Assembly (NCBI GenBank): GCA_023703675.1
Contig: CP097974.1
Location: 1,072,656 to 1,136,655, forward strand
Source: SAR86 cluster bacterium
Lineage (GTDB): Bacteria > Pseudomonadota > Gammaproteobacteria > Magnimaribacterales > AG-339-G14
Reading direction: 5' to 3'
DNA: 64,000 bases
How positions within the stretch are numbered: position 1 is the first letter of the stretch; every line of letters starts with the position of its first letter. The position numbers and the translations under genes were made by a program. Positions 43,248 through 52,817 of this stretch are shown here, in pieces. Below the pieces are notes generated by a model. The model was given only the letters and a program-made list of their open reading frames with translations, did not search any database and was not told where the DNA came from.

Positions 43248-44953
43248 AGTCCGAAATAAAAAGTATTTTAGAAAGTACGACAAAGAAATTATTTTCTATA
43301 GAGATTGAAGCTTTTGAAGTCTCAAGAACTAAATTAAAAACACATGGAAATTGGAGCTCAAATATCGCTTTGGTGCTTGGTAAAGAATTAGAAGAACAAC
43401 CTAGAGTGATAGCTGAAAAAATTATTAAAAAACTTCCCGGAAAGAAGTGGTTAAAAAGAGTAGAAGTTGCAGGCCCAGGCTTTATAAATTTTTTTTTAGC
43501 AGAAGAAGCTCAGGCTTCCATTCTTAATAATGCTTTGAATGAAAATTTTTTCTTTTATAAAACCGATTCGCCTAAAAAATATTTAATTGAATACGTATCT
43601 AGTAACCCAACCGGGCCTATACATGTTGGCCATGGTCGAGGTGCAGCTTTTGGTTCGGCCCTGGCAAACCTTTTAAGACACTCAGGAAATGAAGTTGAAG
43701 AAGAATATTACATTAACGATAGAGGGCTACAAACAGACATTTTAGCGCTTAGTGTATTTTTGCGTTATCAAGAACTTTTTGACCATCAAATAAAATTTCC
43801 AGAAGACTGCTACCGAGGCGAATACATAATTCATTCTGCGCGGTCGGTTAAACAAACCTTTGGCGACAAATATGTTGTTAAAGGAAATTCTTCAATATTA
43901 AGTTCTGACGTGATTCCAGAATTACTCAAGCAAATAAAAGAAGAATTTCCAGATTTCGATGAGCTAACTGTTTTTATTCTCTCTCTTCAAATAGACGACA
44001 TTAAAAGAGTGCTTTCAAAATTTAGAGTGTTTCATAAGAATTGGATAAGTGAAAAAAAACTTTATGATAAATCAGAAGGAAAGAGTATGTTCGATGAGGT
44101 TATAAATACCTTAGAAAAGAACAATTCTACATATGTATCTGATGATGCTCTTTGGTTTAAATCAAAGGAAAGAGGAGACGAAAAAGATAGGGTTTTGATA
44201 AGAGATAACAATGATCCGACCTACTTTGCTTCTGATGTTGCTTATCACAAATTTAAATTTGATAGAAAATTTGATCACTTAGTAAATATTTGGGGTGCAG
44301 ATCATCATGGTTATATCTCCAGAATTAAAGGAGCCTTAGATGCTTTGGGTTTAAAAGGAGATTTGCTTAAAACAATTATTATACAATTCGTTTCACTCAA
44401 TCGATCTGGGAAAACTGTAAGCATGTCTACGAGAAAAGGTGATTTTGTGTCTCTTAATGAATTAATAGACGAGGTTGGAATAGACGCATCAAGGTTTTTC
44501 TTTTTAGCAAGAAAAAGTGATCAAGCTTTAGAATTTGATGTCGAATTAGCATTAAAGAAAGACAAGAACAATCCGGTTTATTACATACAGTACGCGCACG
44601 CTAGAATTTGCAGCCTTTTAAAAGAAGTTGAGAAAAGAGACTTTGTTATAGATTCCGAAAACGGTCTTAAAAACTTAAATTTGATAACTGGAGAACAAGA
44701 ATTAAGTTTAATTAATGAAATAGAATTATTTCAGGACACTCTTGAGCAATGTCAAATTGATTTAGAAATTCATCCTCTGTGTTTCTATTTACGTGACTTA
44801 GCTTCTAAATTTCATTCTTATTACAATGCGAACAAGTTTATCGAAGAAGAAAAAAACTTAAGAGATGCAAAATTTGCAATTGTTTTATCAATCAAAAGAA
44901 TAATTACTGAGGGCTTAAATATTCTTGCAATTAATGCCCCTGAGCAAATGTAA
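43244..44953 (+). CDS. argS: Arginine--tRNA ligase
   Basis: SSNPTGPIHVGHGRGA (HIGH) and MSTRKG (KMSK-like). The anticodon-binding C-terminus ends in ...APEQM. ATGA overlap with efp. Confidence 0.95.
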   Translation: MKSEIKSILESTTKKLFSIEIEAFEVSRTKLKTHGNWSSNIALVLGKELEEQPRVIAEKIIKKLPGKKWLKRVEVAGPGFINFFLAEEAQASILNNALNENFFFYKTDSPKKYLIEYVSSNPTGPIHVGHGRGAAFGSALANLLRHSGNEVEEEYYINDRGLQTDILALSVFLRYQELFDHQIKFPEDCYRGEYIIHSARSVKQTFGDKYVVKGNSSILSSDVIPELLKQIKEEFPDFDELTVFILSLQIDDIKRVLSKFRVFHKNWISEKKLYDKSEGKSMFDEVINTLEKNNSTYVSDDALWFKSKERGDEKDRVLIRDNNDPTYFASDVAYHKFKFDRKFDHLVNIWGADHHGYISRIKGALDALGLKGDLLKTIIIQFVSLNRSGKTVSMSTRKGDFVSLNELIDEVGIDASRFFFLARKSDQALEFDVELALKKDKNNPVYYIQYAHARICSLLKEVEKRDFVIDSENGLKNLNLITGEQELSLINEIELFQDTLEQCQIDLEIHPLCFYLRDLASKFHSYYNANKFIEEEKNLRDAKFAIVLSIKRIITEGLNILAINAPEQM

Positions 44954-44959
44954 TTTAAA

Positions 44960-45625
44960 ATGAAAGAAAAAATTAAAAAAATTTTTAACTCAATAGATGA
45001 AATTTCAAAAGAAAATAAATCTCAGACAGTCCAAGTCATTGCTGTAAGTAAAAAAAAGTCTTGTTCTGAAATTATTAAGGCAAATAAATTGGGTATAGAA
45101 AATTTCGGTGAGAACTACCTGCAAGAATCTCTAGAAAAAATTGAGAATTTAAAAAATGAAAAAATAATTTGGCACTTCATAGGAAAAATCCAGTCAAATA
45201 AGTGTAAAGACATTGCAGAAAATTTTGCGTGGGTCCACACCCTAGATCGGTTAAAAATCGCAGTAAAGCTAAATAAACATGTTCCAGAAGGGAAAAAATT
45301 AAAAATTCTGATACAAGTAAATTTAGACAATGACCTAAATAAGGGTGGAATTAAAAAAGAAGAAGTAGTTTCTTTTAAACGAGAAGTTCAGAAACTAAGC
45401 AATCTTGATTTTAATGGGATAATGATTATGCCAAGTGTCAATGCAGATGATGATAAATTAAAATTAATTTATGAGGAAGCCTGGAAATTAGCCAGAGAAA
45501 TTTGTGAACCAAATGAAAAAAAATGTGAATTATCTATGGGTATGACGCACGATTTTAAAATTGCTGTAGAGGCTGGTTCGTCAATGGTTAGAATTGGAAC
45601 GGGTATTTTTGGTGAAAGAGAATAA
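44960..45625 (+). CDS. yggS: YggS-family pyridoxal phosphate homeostasis protein
   Basis: VIAVSKKK (PLP Lys), WHFIGKIQSNK, LSMGMTHDF and VRIGTGIFG. Confidence 0.9.
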   Translation: MKEKIKKIFNSIDEISKENKSQTVQVIAVSKKKSCSEIIKANKLGIENFGENYLQESLEKIENLKNEKIIWHFIGKIQSNKCKDIAENFAWVHTLDRLKIAVKLNKHVPEGKKLKILIQVNLDNDLNKGGIKKEEVVSFKREVQKLSNLDFNGIMIMPSVNADDDKLKLIYEEAWKLAREICEPNEKKCELSMGMTHDFKIAVEAGSSMVRIGTGIFGERE

Positions 45626-46391
45626 TAAAATTATAGGATTTATTGGGGCGGGGAACTTAGGTCGTCACACCATGCATGGTTTAAAGGATTCTTATAAAAT
45701 TTATGCTTTTGACCCGATAGAAGCCAAAGAAGTGCTTAAATTGGGCGTCACTTATATCTCTTTAGATGAATTGTGTGAGATTTCAGATGTCATTTTCCTT
45801 ACAATTAAGCCGAACAAAACAGAAGAAATTTTATCTAAAATTAAAAACTTAATCGGGACTAAATTGATCATTTCATTCATTGCTGGAATATCTCTAGAAA
45901 AACTAAGTTCTCAATTTGAGAGTTCAAAAAATATTATTAGAGCCATGCCCACACTAGGTGTAAGTAAAGGTATCAGTCCAATTGCAGTTTGTTCAAATTT
46001 TAAAATTGATAAAAATAATGAGGGTTTAAACATTCTTAGTAAATTAGGTAGATGCCTTGAAATTGAAGAATCAAAATTTGATGCATTCACTTCAATTTTT
46101 GGGGCTGGTCCAGCCTATATAAGTTACTTAGCAAACCTTCTTTCTGAAATAGCTAAATCTAATGGATTTGATAATCCTGAACCGTTGATAGGAGATCTTT
46201 TAGGAGGGACTTTTGAAATGCACAAATCAGATGAAAGTCCATCATTCAAGGATATTAAATCTATGGTTGCCTCAAAGGGAGGAGTAACTGAAGCTGCTTT
46301 AAATAAAATAGAATCATCTGGAATCGAAGATGTTTTAAAATTTGCAATTGAAGAAGCTATAAAAAAATCTAAAAAACTTGGAGAAAGCTAA
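45594..46391 (+). CDS. proC: Pyrroline-5-carboxylate reductase
   Basis: IGFIGAGNLG Rossmann, MVASKGGVTEAAL and yggS-proC-yggT synteny. The start is ambiguous: ATG 45594, TTG 45609 or GTG 45612. Confidence 0.85.
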   Translation: MERVFLVKENNKIIGFIGAGNLGRHTMHGLKDSYKIYAFDPIEAKEVLKLGVTYISLDELCEISDVIFLTIKPNKTEEILSKIKNLIGTKLIISFIAGISLEKLSSQFESSKNIIRAMPTLGVSKGISPIAVCSNFKIDKNNEGLNILSKLGRCLEIEESKFDAFTSIFGAGPAYISYLANLLSEIAKSNGFDNPEPLIGDLLGGTFEMHKSDESPSFKDIKSMVASKGGVTEAALNKIESSGIEDVLKFAIEEAIKKSKKLGES

Positions 46392-46945
46392 TGGATCCAT
46401 TATTCGTTTCTTCAGTCATATCAAATTTATTATCAATTTTATTTTTAATTTATTTACTTTTTAGATTTTTCGAATTGAGTTTTTTAAACCCAATTGTGAA
46501 GTACTCGTTTTCAATTTTAGAGCCGATATCTAGACCATTGAGACTAATCCTACCAGTTATTTTTAATATAGATTTTTCCAGTCTTGTGTTATCTATTTTT
46601 TTTAAAGGTCTATCTTTTTATCTTTATGTCGAGAGTCAATCTTTAGGAACGGATTCGATTGAGTCAATAACTTGGGCTTGTCTTAGTGTTCTACTTACGA
46701 TATCTCTAATACTAAGATATTCCTTGTTCATCTCTATAATAGGAAGCTGGGTGGCGCCAACTAGTAACAATGCCTTGTTATTTATATGTCATGGAATTAC
46801 TCAACCTCTATTGAGACCATTTCAAAGATTAACAGCCTTCGGAGGAATTGATTTTTCTCCAATTATAGTCTTTTTCATTTTAATTCAAATTGACAGAATG
46901 ATTCATAACTTAAGATTTTACCTTGAACTTCCTGGTTTATTTTAA
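46391..46945 (+). CDS. yggT: YggT family membrane protein
   Basis: 184-aa polytopic protein directly after proC. The duplicated YGGT-repeat architecture is inferred from hydrophobicity and synteny. Confidence 0.7.
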   Translation: MDPLFVSSVISNLLSILFLIYLLFRFFELSFLNPIVKYSFSILEPISRPLRLILPVIFNIDFSSLVLSIFFKGLSFYLYVESQSLGTDSIESITWACLSVLLTISLILRYSLFISIIGSWVAPTSNNALLFICHGITQPLLRPFQRLTAFGGIDFSPIIVFFILIQIDRMIHNLRFYLELPGLF

Positions 46946-46947
46946 AG

Positions 46948-48048
46948 ATGGCAGGAAACTTAGGAATTATTGAACCAAGCTTCTTTGATTACAAAGAAGA
47001 CTTTCATCTTGAATCAGGAAAGCTCTTGAAAGAGTTTAAGATAATTTATGAAACCTACGGATCATTAAATGAAAACAAATCTAATGCAATTCTTATCTGC
47101 CACGCTCTGAGTGGAAATCACCATGCCGCTGGATATTCGAAGGAGGATCAAGATAAAGCCGGTTGGTGGAATGAATTAATAGGTCCTGATAAGGCATTCG
47201 ATACCAATAAGTATTTTGTTGTATCTCTCAATAACCTTGGTGGATGTCATGGCTCATCTGGACCTGGATTTATCAATCCAGAAACTGGAGAAACTTACGG
47301 AAAAGACTTTCCGTTGATAACTGTAAAAGACTGGGTTAAAAGTCAAAATTTACTCCGTGAATATCTCGGATTAGATTTTTGGCATGCTGTTGCCGGAGGA
47401 AGTTTAGGAGGAATGCAAGCTCTGCAATGGGCCATCGATTATGACGAATACATAAAGAAAAGTCTCGTAATAGCTGCTGCACCCAAATTAAGTGCTCAAA
47501 ATATTGCTTTCAATGAAGTGGCGAGGCAAGCCATAGTCACAGACCCAAATTTTGACAAAGGTAACTTCCATCCGAGAAGAGGATTGGGACTAGCTAGAAT
47601 GCTTGGTCATATAACTTATCTCTCAGAAGAAATGATGAAAGAAAAATTTGGAAGAGATTTAAAAAAGGAAAAGTATGAGTACGGGTTTGACGTAGAGTTT
47701 GAAGTTGAAAGCTATTTGAGATATCAAGCCGATGCATTTTCAGAGAAATTTAACGCGCATACCTATTTATTGATGACGAAAGCATTAGATTATTTTGATC
47801 CATCCAGAGATTATGAAAATGACTTAACTAAAACTTTAGAAAAAACAAATACAGATTTTTTAGTCTTATCATTTTCTTCTGATTGGAGATTTGCTCCTGA
47901 AAGATCAAAAGAAATTGTTAATGCACTAATTGCTTCAAAAAAGTCAGTTAGCTATGCAGAAATTAAAAGTTCTCAAGGGCATGACGGCTTTCTGTTTCCC
48001 GATGAAAGATATGTTAAAAGTATCCAAACTTTCCTTAAAAATGAATAG
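46948..48048 (+). CDS. metX: Homoserine O-acyltransferase (MetX family)
   Basis: ICHALSGNHHAAG and GGSLGGMQALQW (nucleophile elbow). Followed by metW. Confidence 0.9.
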   Translation: MAGNLGIIEPSFFDYKEDFHLESGKLLKEFKIIYETYGSLNENKSNAILICHALSGNHHAAGYSKEDQDKAGWWNELIGPDKAFDTNKYFVVSLNNLGGCHGSSGPGFINPETGETYGKDFPLITVKDWVKSQNLLREYLGLDFWHAVAGGSLGGMQALQWAIDYDEYIKKSLVIAAAPKLSAQNIAFNEVARQAIVTDPNFDKGNFHPRRGLGLARMLGHITYLSEEMMKEKFGRDLKKEKYEYGFDVEFEVESYLRYQADAFSEKFNAHTYLLMTKALDYFDPSRDYENDLTKTLEKTNTDFLVLSFSSDWRFAPERSKEIVNALIASKKSVSYAEIKSSQGHDGFLFPDERYVKSIQTFLKNE

Positions 48049-48628
48049 TATTTTAAATTCGTGGATTAAAAAAAATGCTGAAGTCTTGGATTTGGGCTGT
48101 GGTGATGGAACTCTATTGGCAGGTCTAAAAGAAACCCTAAACGTCTCTGGTTATGGAATAGATATCTCAGAAAAAAATATTGAGCTATCCTTAAGCAAAG
48201 GACTAAATGTCATTGAGCAAGACATTGATAAAGGCTTAAGTAATTTTGCAAATGGTTCTTTTGATGTTGTGATAATGAGCCAATCAATTCAAGCCTTAAA
48301 AAAACCTGAGAATGCATTAAAAGAAATTGTAAGAATTGGGAAAGAATGTGTTGTAAGTATTCCGAATTTTGCAAATTTACGTTGCAGAATGCAACTAGCC
48401 CTTACAGGTAAAATGCCAGTTTCTAGCGCCTTACCTCATGAATGGTATGCAACTCCCAATCTTCATCTTTGTTCATTGAAGGATTTTGAAAATCTTTGTC
48501 AAAAGTTAGACGTTGAAATTATTGAGAGAAAATTAACGAATAGTTTCGGGAAATCGACAATGTTAATGAATTTAGCCCCAAACTTATTTACCGAAGTTGC
48601 TTTGTATAAGTTGAAACAAAAAGTTTGA
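48041..48628 (+). CDS. metW: Methionine biosynthesis protein MetW
   Basis: True start MNSILNSWIKKNAEVLDLGCGDG (SAM-binding motif), 8-nt overlap with metX. The track start at 47930 is an out-of-frame overlap extension. Confidence 0.88.
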   Translation: MNSILNSWIKKNAEVLDLGCGDGTLLAGLKETLNVSGYGIDISEKNIELSLSKGLNVIEQDIDKGLSNFANGSFDVVIMSQSIQALKKPENALKEIVRIGKECVVSIPNFANLRCRMQLALTGKMPVSSALPHEWYATPNLHLCSLKDFENLCQKLDVEIIERKLTNSFGKSTMLMNLAPNLFTEVALYKLKQKV

Positions 48629-49215
48629 AAATAGTTTTAGCATCAAACAATCAAGGAAAAATTAGAGAGTTTAATTTTTTATTTAAGGAGACTAAATTTA
48701 AAATTATTCCTTTAAAGGAACTCTCAAAAATAGATATTCCGGAAACTGGAACAAGTTATGAAGAAAATGCGTTTTTAAAAGCTAAAAGAGCTAACGAAAT
48801 CTCTGGACTTCCAGCTTTAGCAGACGATTCAGGATTGGAAGTAAAATTTTTAAAAAACGAGCCAGGAATATATTCAGCTCGTTATTCCGGTAAAAACGCA
48901 AGCGACGAAAGAAATAATAAAAAACTTTTAAAAAAAATGATCAACGCGACAAAAAGGGAGTCAAAATATATATCCGTTCTTTTCTTTTATGATCCAAAAA
49001 ATGATATCGAACTTTATACCTACGGAGAATTAAATGGGACAATTGGTAAAAGTGAAATTGGAAATAAAGGGTTTGGTTACGATCCATTGTTCAAAATAAA
49101 AAATAGTAATCAAACGATGGCGCAAATCAGTTTTAAAGAAAGAATGGAATTAAGCCACAGATCGGTATCAGTAAAAAAAATGTTAAACGAACTCAATAAG
49201 CTTCAAAATAAATAA
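48625..49215 (+). CDS. rdgB: Non-canonical purine NTP pyrophosphatase (dITP/XTP), RdgB/HAM1 family
   Basis: TTG start in a TTGA junction with metW. (M)KIVLASNNQGKIREF, ADDSGLEV and GFGYDPLF. Confidence 0.9.
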   Translation: MKIVLASNNQGKIREFNFLFKETKFKIIPLKELSKIDIPETGTSYEENAFLKAKRANEISGLPALADDSGLEVKFLKNEPGIYSARYSGKNASDERNNKKLLKKMINATKRESKYISVLFFYDPKNDIELYTYGELNGTIGKSEIGNKGFGYDPLFKIKNSNQTMAQISFKERMELSHRSVSVKKMLNELNKLQNK

Positions 49216-49834
49216 TATTCCTTTTTTCTTCAATTGCCGTTTTTTCGTATTTTGTAAAAAGATCTGTTTTTTTGTTGATATGCTTTTTAGTGTTAGAAAA
49301 AATTTGATTTAGGTCATTTTCTATCTGTTGAGCATAGTCGTCCCAATCGGTTTTTATTTTTAAGACACTTTTGTCTTTTAATATCATCTTAAGAGAATCT
49401 AAAAAATTGTTAGACAAGAGTCTTCTTTTTTTATGTCTTCTTTTAGGCCAAGGGTCGGGGAAAAAAATTATTACCTCATCAAAAAATTTAATAGTAGTAT
49501 TTTTTTCTAGGATCGCTTTTGCGTCTCCCTGAATTAAAAAAATATTTTCCAAATTATTTTTTTTTATTAGTTCTAATACTTTAGCGACACCAGCTTCGTA
49601 AACTTCTATGCCTACATAGAATGAATCTAAGTTGTTTAAAGCATTAGAAATAAGATTTTCTCCATCTCCAAAACCTATTTCTAAAATATTTTTTTTATAA
49701 AGCGAACGTTCATTGAAATTTTCAAAATTTTCTGACAAACAAAATTCTTTTGATGATGCTTGAGAAATTAGATTTTTTTTAGTTTTAGATAATCTTGTTC
49801 TTGGTCTAACAAAACTTCTTACACTATTTTTCAA
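49193..49834 (-). CDS. trmB: tRNA (guanine-N7)-methyltransferase
   Basis: LEIGFGDGE and FFPDPWPKRRHKKRRL are TrmB signatures. Confidence 0.9.
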   Translation of the reverse strand: MKNSVRSFVRPRTRLSKTKKNLISQASSKEFCLSENFENFNERSLYKKNILEIGFGDGENLISNALNNLDSFYVGIEVYEAGVAKVLELIKKNNLENIFLIQGDAKAILEKNTTIKFFDEVIIFFPDPWPKRRHKKRRLLSNNFLDSLKMILKDKSVLKIKTDWDDYAQQIENDLNQIFSNTKKHINKKTDLFTKYEKTAIEEKRNIIYFEAY

Positions 49835-50616
49835 GAATTTATTCTACCCTCAGTTGGAGAGCTTGGAGAACCTTTATCTATTTTAGGGATCCTTCCAGCA
49901 AGAAAGGCTTTCCTTCCTGAAATGGCAGCATCTTTCATGGCTTCAGCCATTAAAACAGGATTTTTTGCTCTTGCAATCGCAGTATTTAATAACACTCCAT
50001 CACAACCAAGCTCCATCGCATGAGAAACCTCAGAAGCGGTACCAATTCCAGCGTCTACCAAGACTGGACAAGAAAGTTTTTGAACTATTTTTGAAATTGC
50101 ATTTGGGTTGACTATACCTAAACCTGAGCCAATAGGGGCTGCTAAGGGCATAACCGCTACACATCCGAGATCTTCCAACTTCATGGCGTAGTCTAGATTA
50201 TCAGTGCAATAAACCATTACCTCAAATCCATCTTTTACCAGTTCTTTAGCGGCTACTAACGTTTCATCCATTACTGGCAACAATGATTTAGGATCTGATA
50301 GAACTTCTAATTTAACTAAATTTGAATTTGACAAGATTTCTCTTCCTAGTTTGGCAACCCTGATAGCATCTTTTGCATTAAAACATCCAGCTGTGTTGGG
50401 AAGAATTGTAAATTTTTTTGGGGAAATGTAATTTAAGATGCAATCAGGTCTTTTTTTTGAATCTAATTCAATTCTTCTAACTGCGACCGTTACGATTTCA
50501 GCGCCAGAGGCTTTAATGGCTTCAACTGCAATTTCTTCATCTTTGTATTTTCCTGTGCCGACTAAAAGTCTTGACGAATAATCTTTTCCAGCAATTTTAA
50601 AAGATTGTTTAGACAA
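49831..50616 (-). CDS. thiG: Thiazole synthase
   Basis: SRLLVGTGKY, LPNTAGC and DAGIGTASEVSHAMELGCDGVLLNTAI. TTG start directly abutting thiS. Confidence 0.93.
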   Translation of the reverse strand: MSKQSFKIAGKDYSSRLLVGTGKYKDEEIAVEAIKASGAEIVTVAVRRIELDSKKRPDCILNYISPKKFTILPNTAGCFNAKDAIRVAKLGREILSNSNLVKLEVLSDPKSLLPVMDETLVAAKELVKDGFEVMVYCTDNLDYAMKLEDLGCVAVMPLAAPIGSGLGIVNPNAISKIVQKLSCPVLVDAGIGTASEVSHAMELGCDGVLLNTAIARAKNPVLMAEAMKDAAISGRKAFLAGRIPKIDKGSPSSPTEGRINS

Positions 50617-50826
50617 CTACCCTCCCCCAATTGCTCTTACCAGTTCAACCTTGTCATTTTCATTGATGAGATGAGAATCCCACGAGCTTCTGAAGATTAT
50701 TTCGTCATTGATTTCGACTGCCATAAATTTGCTTGAAAGATCTAAAACTTTAAATAACTCAGTTACAGAGACTTGCTTGTTTAATTTAAAAGATTCTCCA
50801 TTCAAGACTATGCTTAATTCATTCAT
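50617..50826 (-). CDS. thiS: Sulfur carrier protein ThiS
   Basis: 69 aa, ubiquitin-like, C-terminal ...AIGGG. Immediately upstream of thiG. Confidence 0.85.
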   Translation of the reverse strand: MNELSIVLNGESFKLNKQVSVTELFKVLDLSSKFMAVEINDEIIFRSSWDSHLINENDKVELVRAIGGG

Positions 50827-50838
50827 TCAAAATAAAAT

Positions 50839-51690
50839 TTAGGAAATGTAACTTTTTACTTTTTCCATGGCAGCTTTTTCTATCTGCCTAATTCTTTCTG
50901 CACTGACTCCATACTTATCTGCCAATTCATGGAGTGTAAGTTTCTGATCTTGCAACCATCTATCAATAAGTATTTCTTTGCTTCTAGGGTCCAAAGCAGA
51001 AAGAGCCTTGTGAAGAAGTTCATGGCTGTATTCTTCAGAATTTTCTTTTTCAATGAGATCAGCAGGATCTTTAGTTTCATCAGCTAAGAAACCCGAAGGC
51101 GTAAAAGAAGCCTCATCGTCACTTGCTTCAGTAGGCGGATCAAAAGACATGTCTGAAGAAGACAACCTTGATTCCATTTCTTTGACAGATTTTTCATCCA
51201 CCCCTAATTCATTTGATATCGTCTTAATCTCTTCATCGGTAAGCCAATTTAATTCTTTCTTTTGACTTCTTAAATTAAAAAATAACTTTCTTTGTGCTTT
51301 TGTTGTAGCGACTTTAACTATTTTCCAATTTTTAATGATGTATTCATGCATTTCTGATTTTATCCAATGCACAGCGAATGAAATCAATCTGACTCCAACT
51401 TCTGGATTGAATTTTCTGACAGCTTTCATTAATCCTACATTCCCCTCTTGGATAAGATCTGCTTGAGGAAGGCCGTACCCTGAATAACCTCTTGCAATAT
51501 GAACAACAAATCTTAGATGTGCCATTACAAGCTGTCTCGCAGCTTCAAGATCATTCTTATAATAGAGATCTTCTGCAAGACGCTTTTCTTCTTCTGGAGT
51601 CAGAATCGCAATGTTTTGAACAGACGATAAATAAGCCTCCAGATTTTGGCCTGGGGTTGAAACGTCCATAGGTTGCAATTCTTTACCCAT
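50839..51690 (-). CDS. rpoH: RNA polymerase sigma-32 (heat shock sigma factor)
   Basis: RpoH box TKAQRKLFFNLR. Region 2 DLIQEGNVGLMKAVRKF. Region 4.2 ELADKYGVSAERIRQIE. 283 aa. Confidence 0.95.
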   Translation of the reverse strand: MGKELQPMDVSTPGQNLEAYLSSVQNIAILTPEEEKRLAEDLYYKNDLEAARQLVMAHLRFVVHIARGYSGYGLPQADLIQEGNVGLMKAVRKFNPEVGVRLISFAVHWIKSEMHEYIIKNWKIVKVATTKAQRKLFFNLRSQKKELNWLTDEEIKTISNELGVDEKSVKEMESRLSSSDMSFDPPTEASDDEASFTPSGFLADETKDPADLIEKENSEEYSHELLHKALSALDPRSKEILIDRWLQDQKLTLHELADKYGVSAERIRQIEKAAMEKVKSYIS

Positions 51691-51757
51691 AATTTCGAAT
51701 TTTATAGTAAAAATTAAATTATATACAAAGTCTTAAGTTGAAAAAAAAGGTACAAAT

Positions 51758-52567
51758 TCAAAAAAACGACAGTTTTTTTATAATTTCTTCGTCTTTTTTA
51801 GACGAGACTGCAATAAATCCATTAATTTTTCTCGAAGGATCAAACTTATAAACACTATCTTCGGAATTTTTAAAAATTATTGAACCTTCCAAAGACTCAA
51901 GAATAGCTTGTCCTGCTGCCAAATCCCATTGATAAACTGGTCCAAACCTGGGGTAAATATTACTAATGCCGCTGCCTAAATCACAAAATTTCAGTGAACT
52001 TCCTTTTTTTTGAATATCAACTTTTTTAAACTCTTTTTTTAAGTTAATAAAAAATTTTTCCTCTTCTTTATCTGAATGACTAGCGCTGGTACTAACGATG
52101 CATTTTTCATCAATTGATTTAGGGTGTAAATTATAAGAAATATCTTCTCTAAATAACTTAGCGGAATTATGAACTGAGCCGATGATTATTTCCTCCTCAC
52201 AAGGCTTTGCAATTGCACCAAAAATAGGTTTCTCTTCAAAAACTAAGGCAAGGTTAATCGAAAAGTTCTTAGACCCCTTTATGAATTCTTTAGTGCCGTC
52301 TAAAGGGTCAATCAGCCAGAAATATTTTTCATTAAAGTTATTAGGTTGAGATTCATTTTCCTCCGACAAAATTTTTATTCCAGGGGTTAGTTTTGATACT
52401 TTCGAAACAAGAAAATCATTTATTTTAAGGTCAGCTTCAGAAACAGGGGAAAAATCTTTTTTGTTTTGAACGTTAAGAGATTTTCTGTTTTCAAAGTATT
52501 TTTTAGCAATTGACGAAGCCTTTTTTAAAATTTTATATATGGGTTGTTCTAGCTTGGAGATTTCCAT
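51758..52567 (-). CDS. cysQ: 3'(2'),5'-bisphosphate nucleotidase / inositol monophosphatase family
   Basis: LSEENE, WLIDPLDGTKEF and WDLAAGQAILE are motifs of the IMPase/CysQ family. Confidence 0.8.
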   Translation of the reverse strand: MEISKLEQPIYKILKKASSIAKKYFENRKSLNVQNKKDFSPVSEADLKINDFLVSKVSKLTPGIKILSEENESQPNNFNEKYFWLIDPLDGTKEFIKGSKNFSINLALVFEEKPIFGAIAKPCEEEIIIGSVHNSAKLFREDISYNLHPKSIDEKCIVSTSASHSDKEEEKFFINLKKEFKKVDIQKKGSSLKFCDLGSGISNIYPRFGPVYQWDLAAGQAILESLEGSIIFKNSEDSVYKFDPSRKINGFIAVSSKKDEEIIKKLSFF

Positions 52568-52634
52568 GTATTTAAATGCTAACTTTAAAAATAATCTAAT
52601 TAATTTACAATTGTGTTTAAATTATAAGTGAACT

Positions 52635-52808
52635 ATGGAAAACGAAAGAGAATTAGTTAAAAAAGCTGAAGAAATTTCTAAAGGTCTCAAAAGACTTAGT
52701 AAAAAAAGTAGAAAGGTTGTCCTTCCCTATCATAGTTCTTATGATTTAATAGATGAATTAGAAGACATAGCTGACAGCTTAGTTAACGATTTAAAGACGA
52801 AAGACTAG
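52635..52808 (+). CDS. Hypothetical small protein (57 aa), unannotated by the 60-aa track
   Basis: An uninterrupted ATG-to-TAG ORF gives MENERELVKKAEEISKGLKRLSKKSRKVVLPYHSSYDLIDELEDIADSLVNDLKTKD. It fills most of a 250-nt gap. Weak SD. Its 3' end contains the AGGAG of the next gene. Confidence 0.3.
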   Translation: MENERELVKKAEEISKGLKRLSKKSRKVVLPYHSSYDLIDELEDIADSLVNDLKTKD

Positions 52809-52817
52809 GAGAATTAA

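Noticed and set aside
50827-50838. A TPP riboswitch or promoter upstream of thiS.
   Set aside because: The gap is only 12 nt of A/T, with no room for a THI-box. I saw nothing resembling the conserved CUGAGA core nearby.
51718-51723. A TATAAT hexamer about 28 nt upstream of rpoH as its promoter -10.
   Set aside because: It is plausible, but TATAAT-like hexamers are frequent in this AT-rich DNA and I could not pair it with a convincing -35. It is not reported as a feature.
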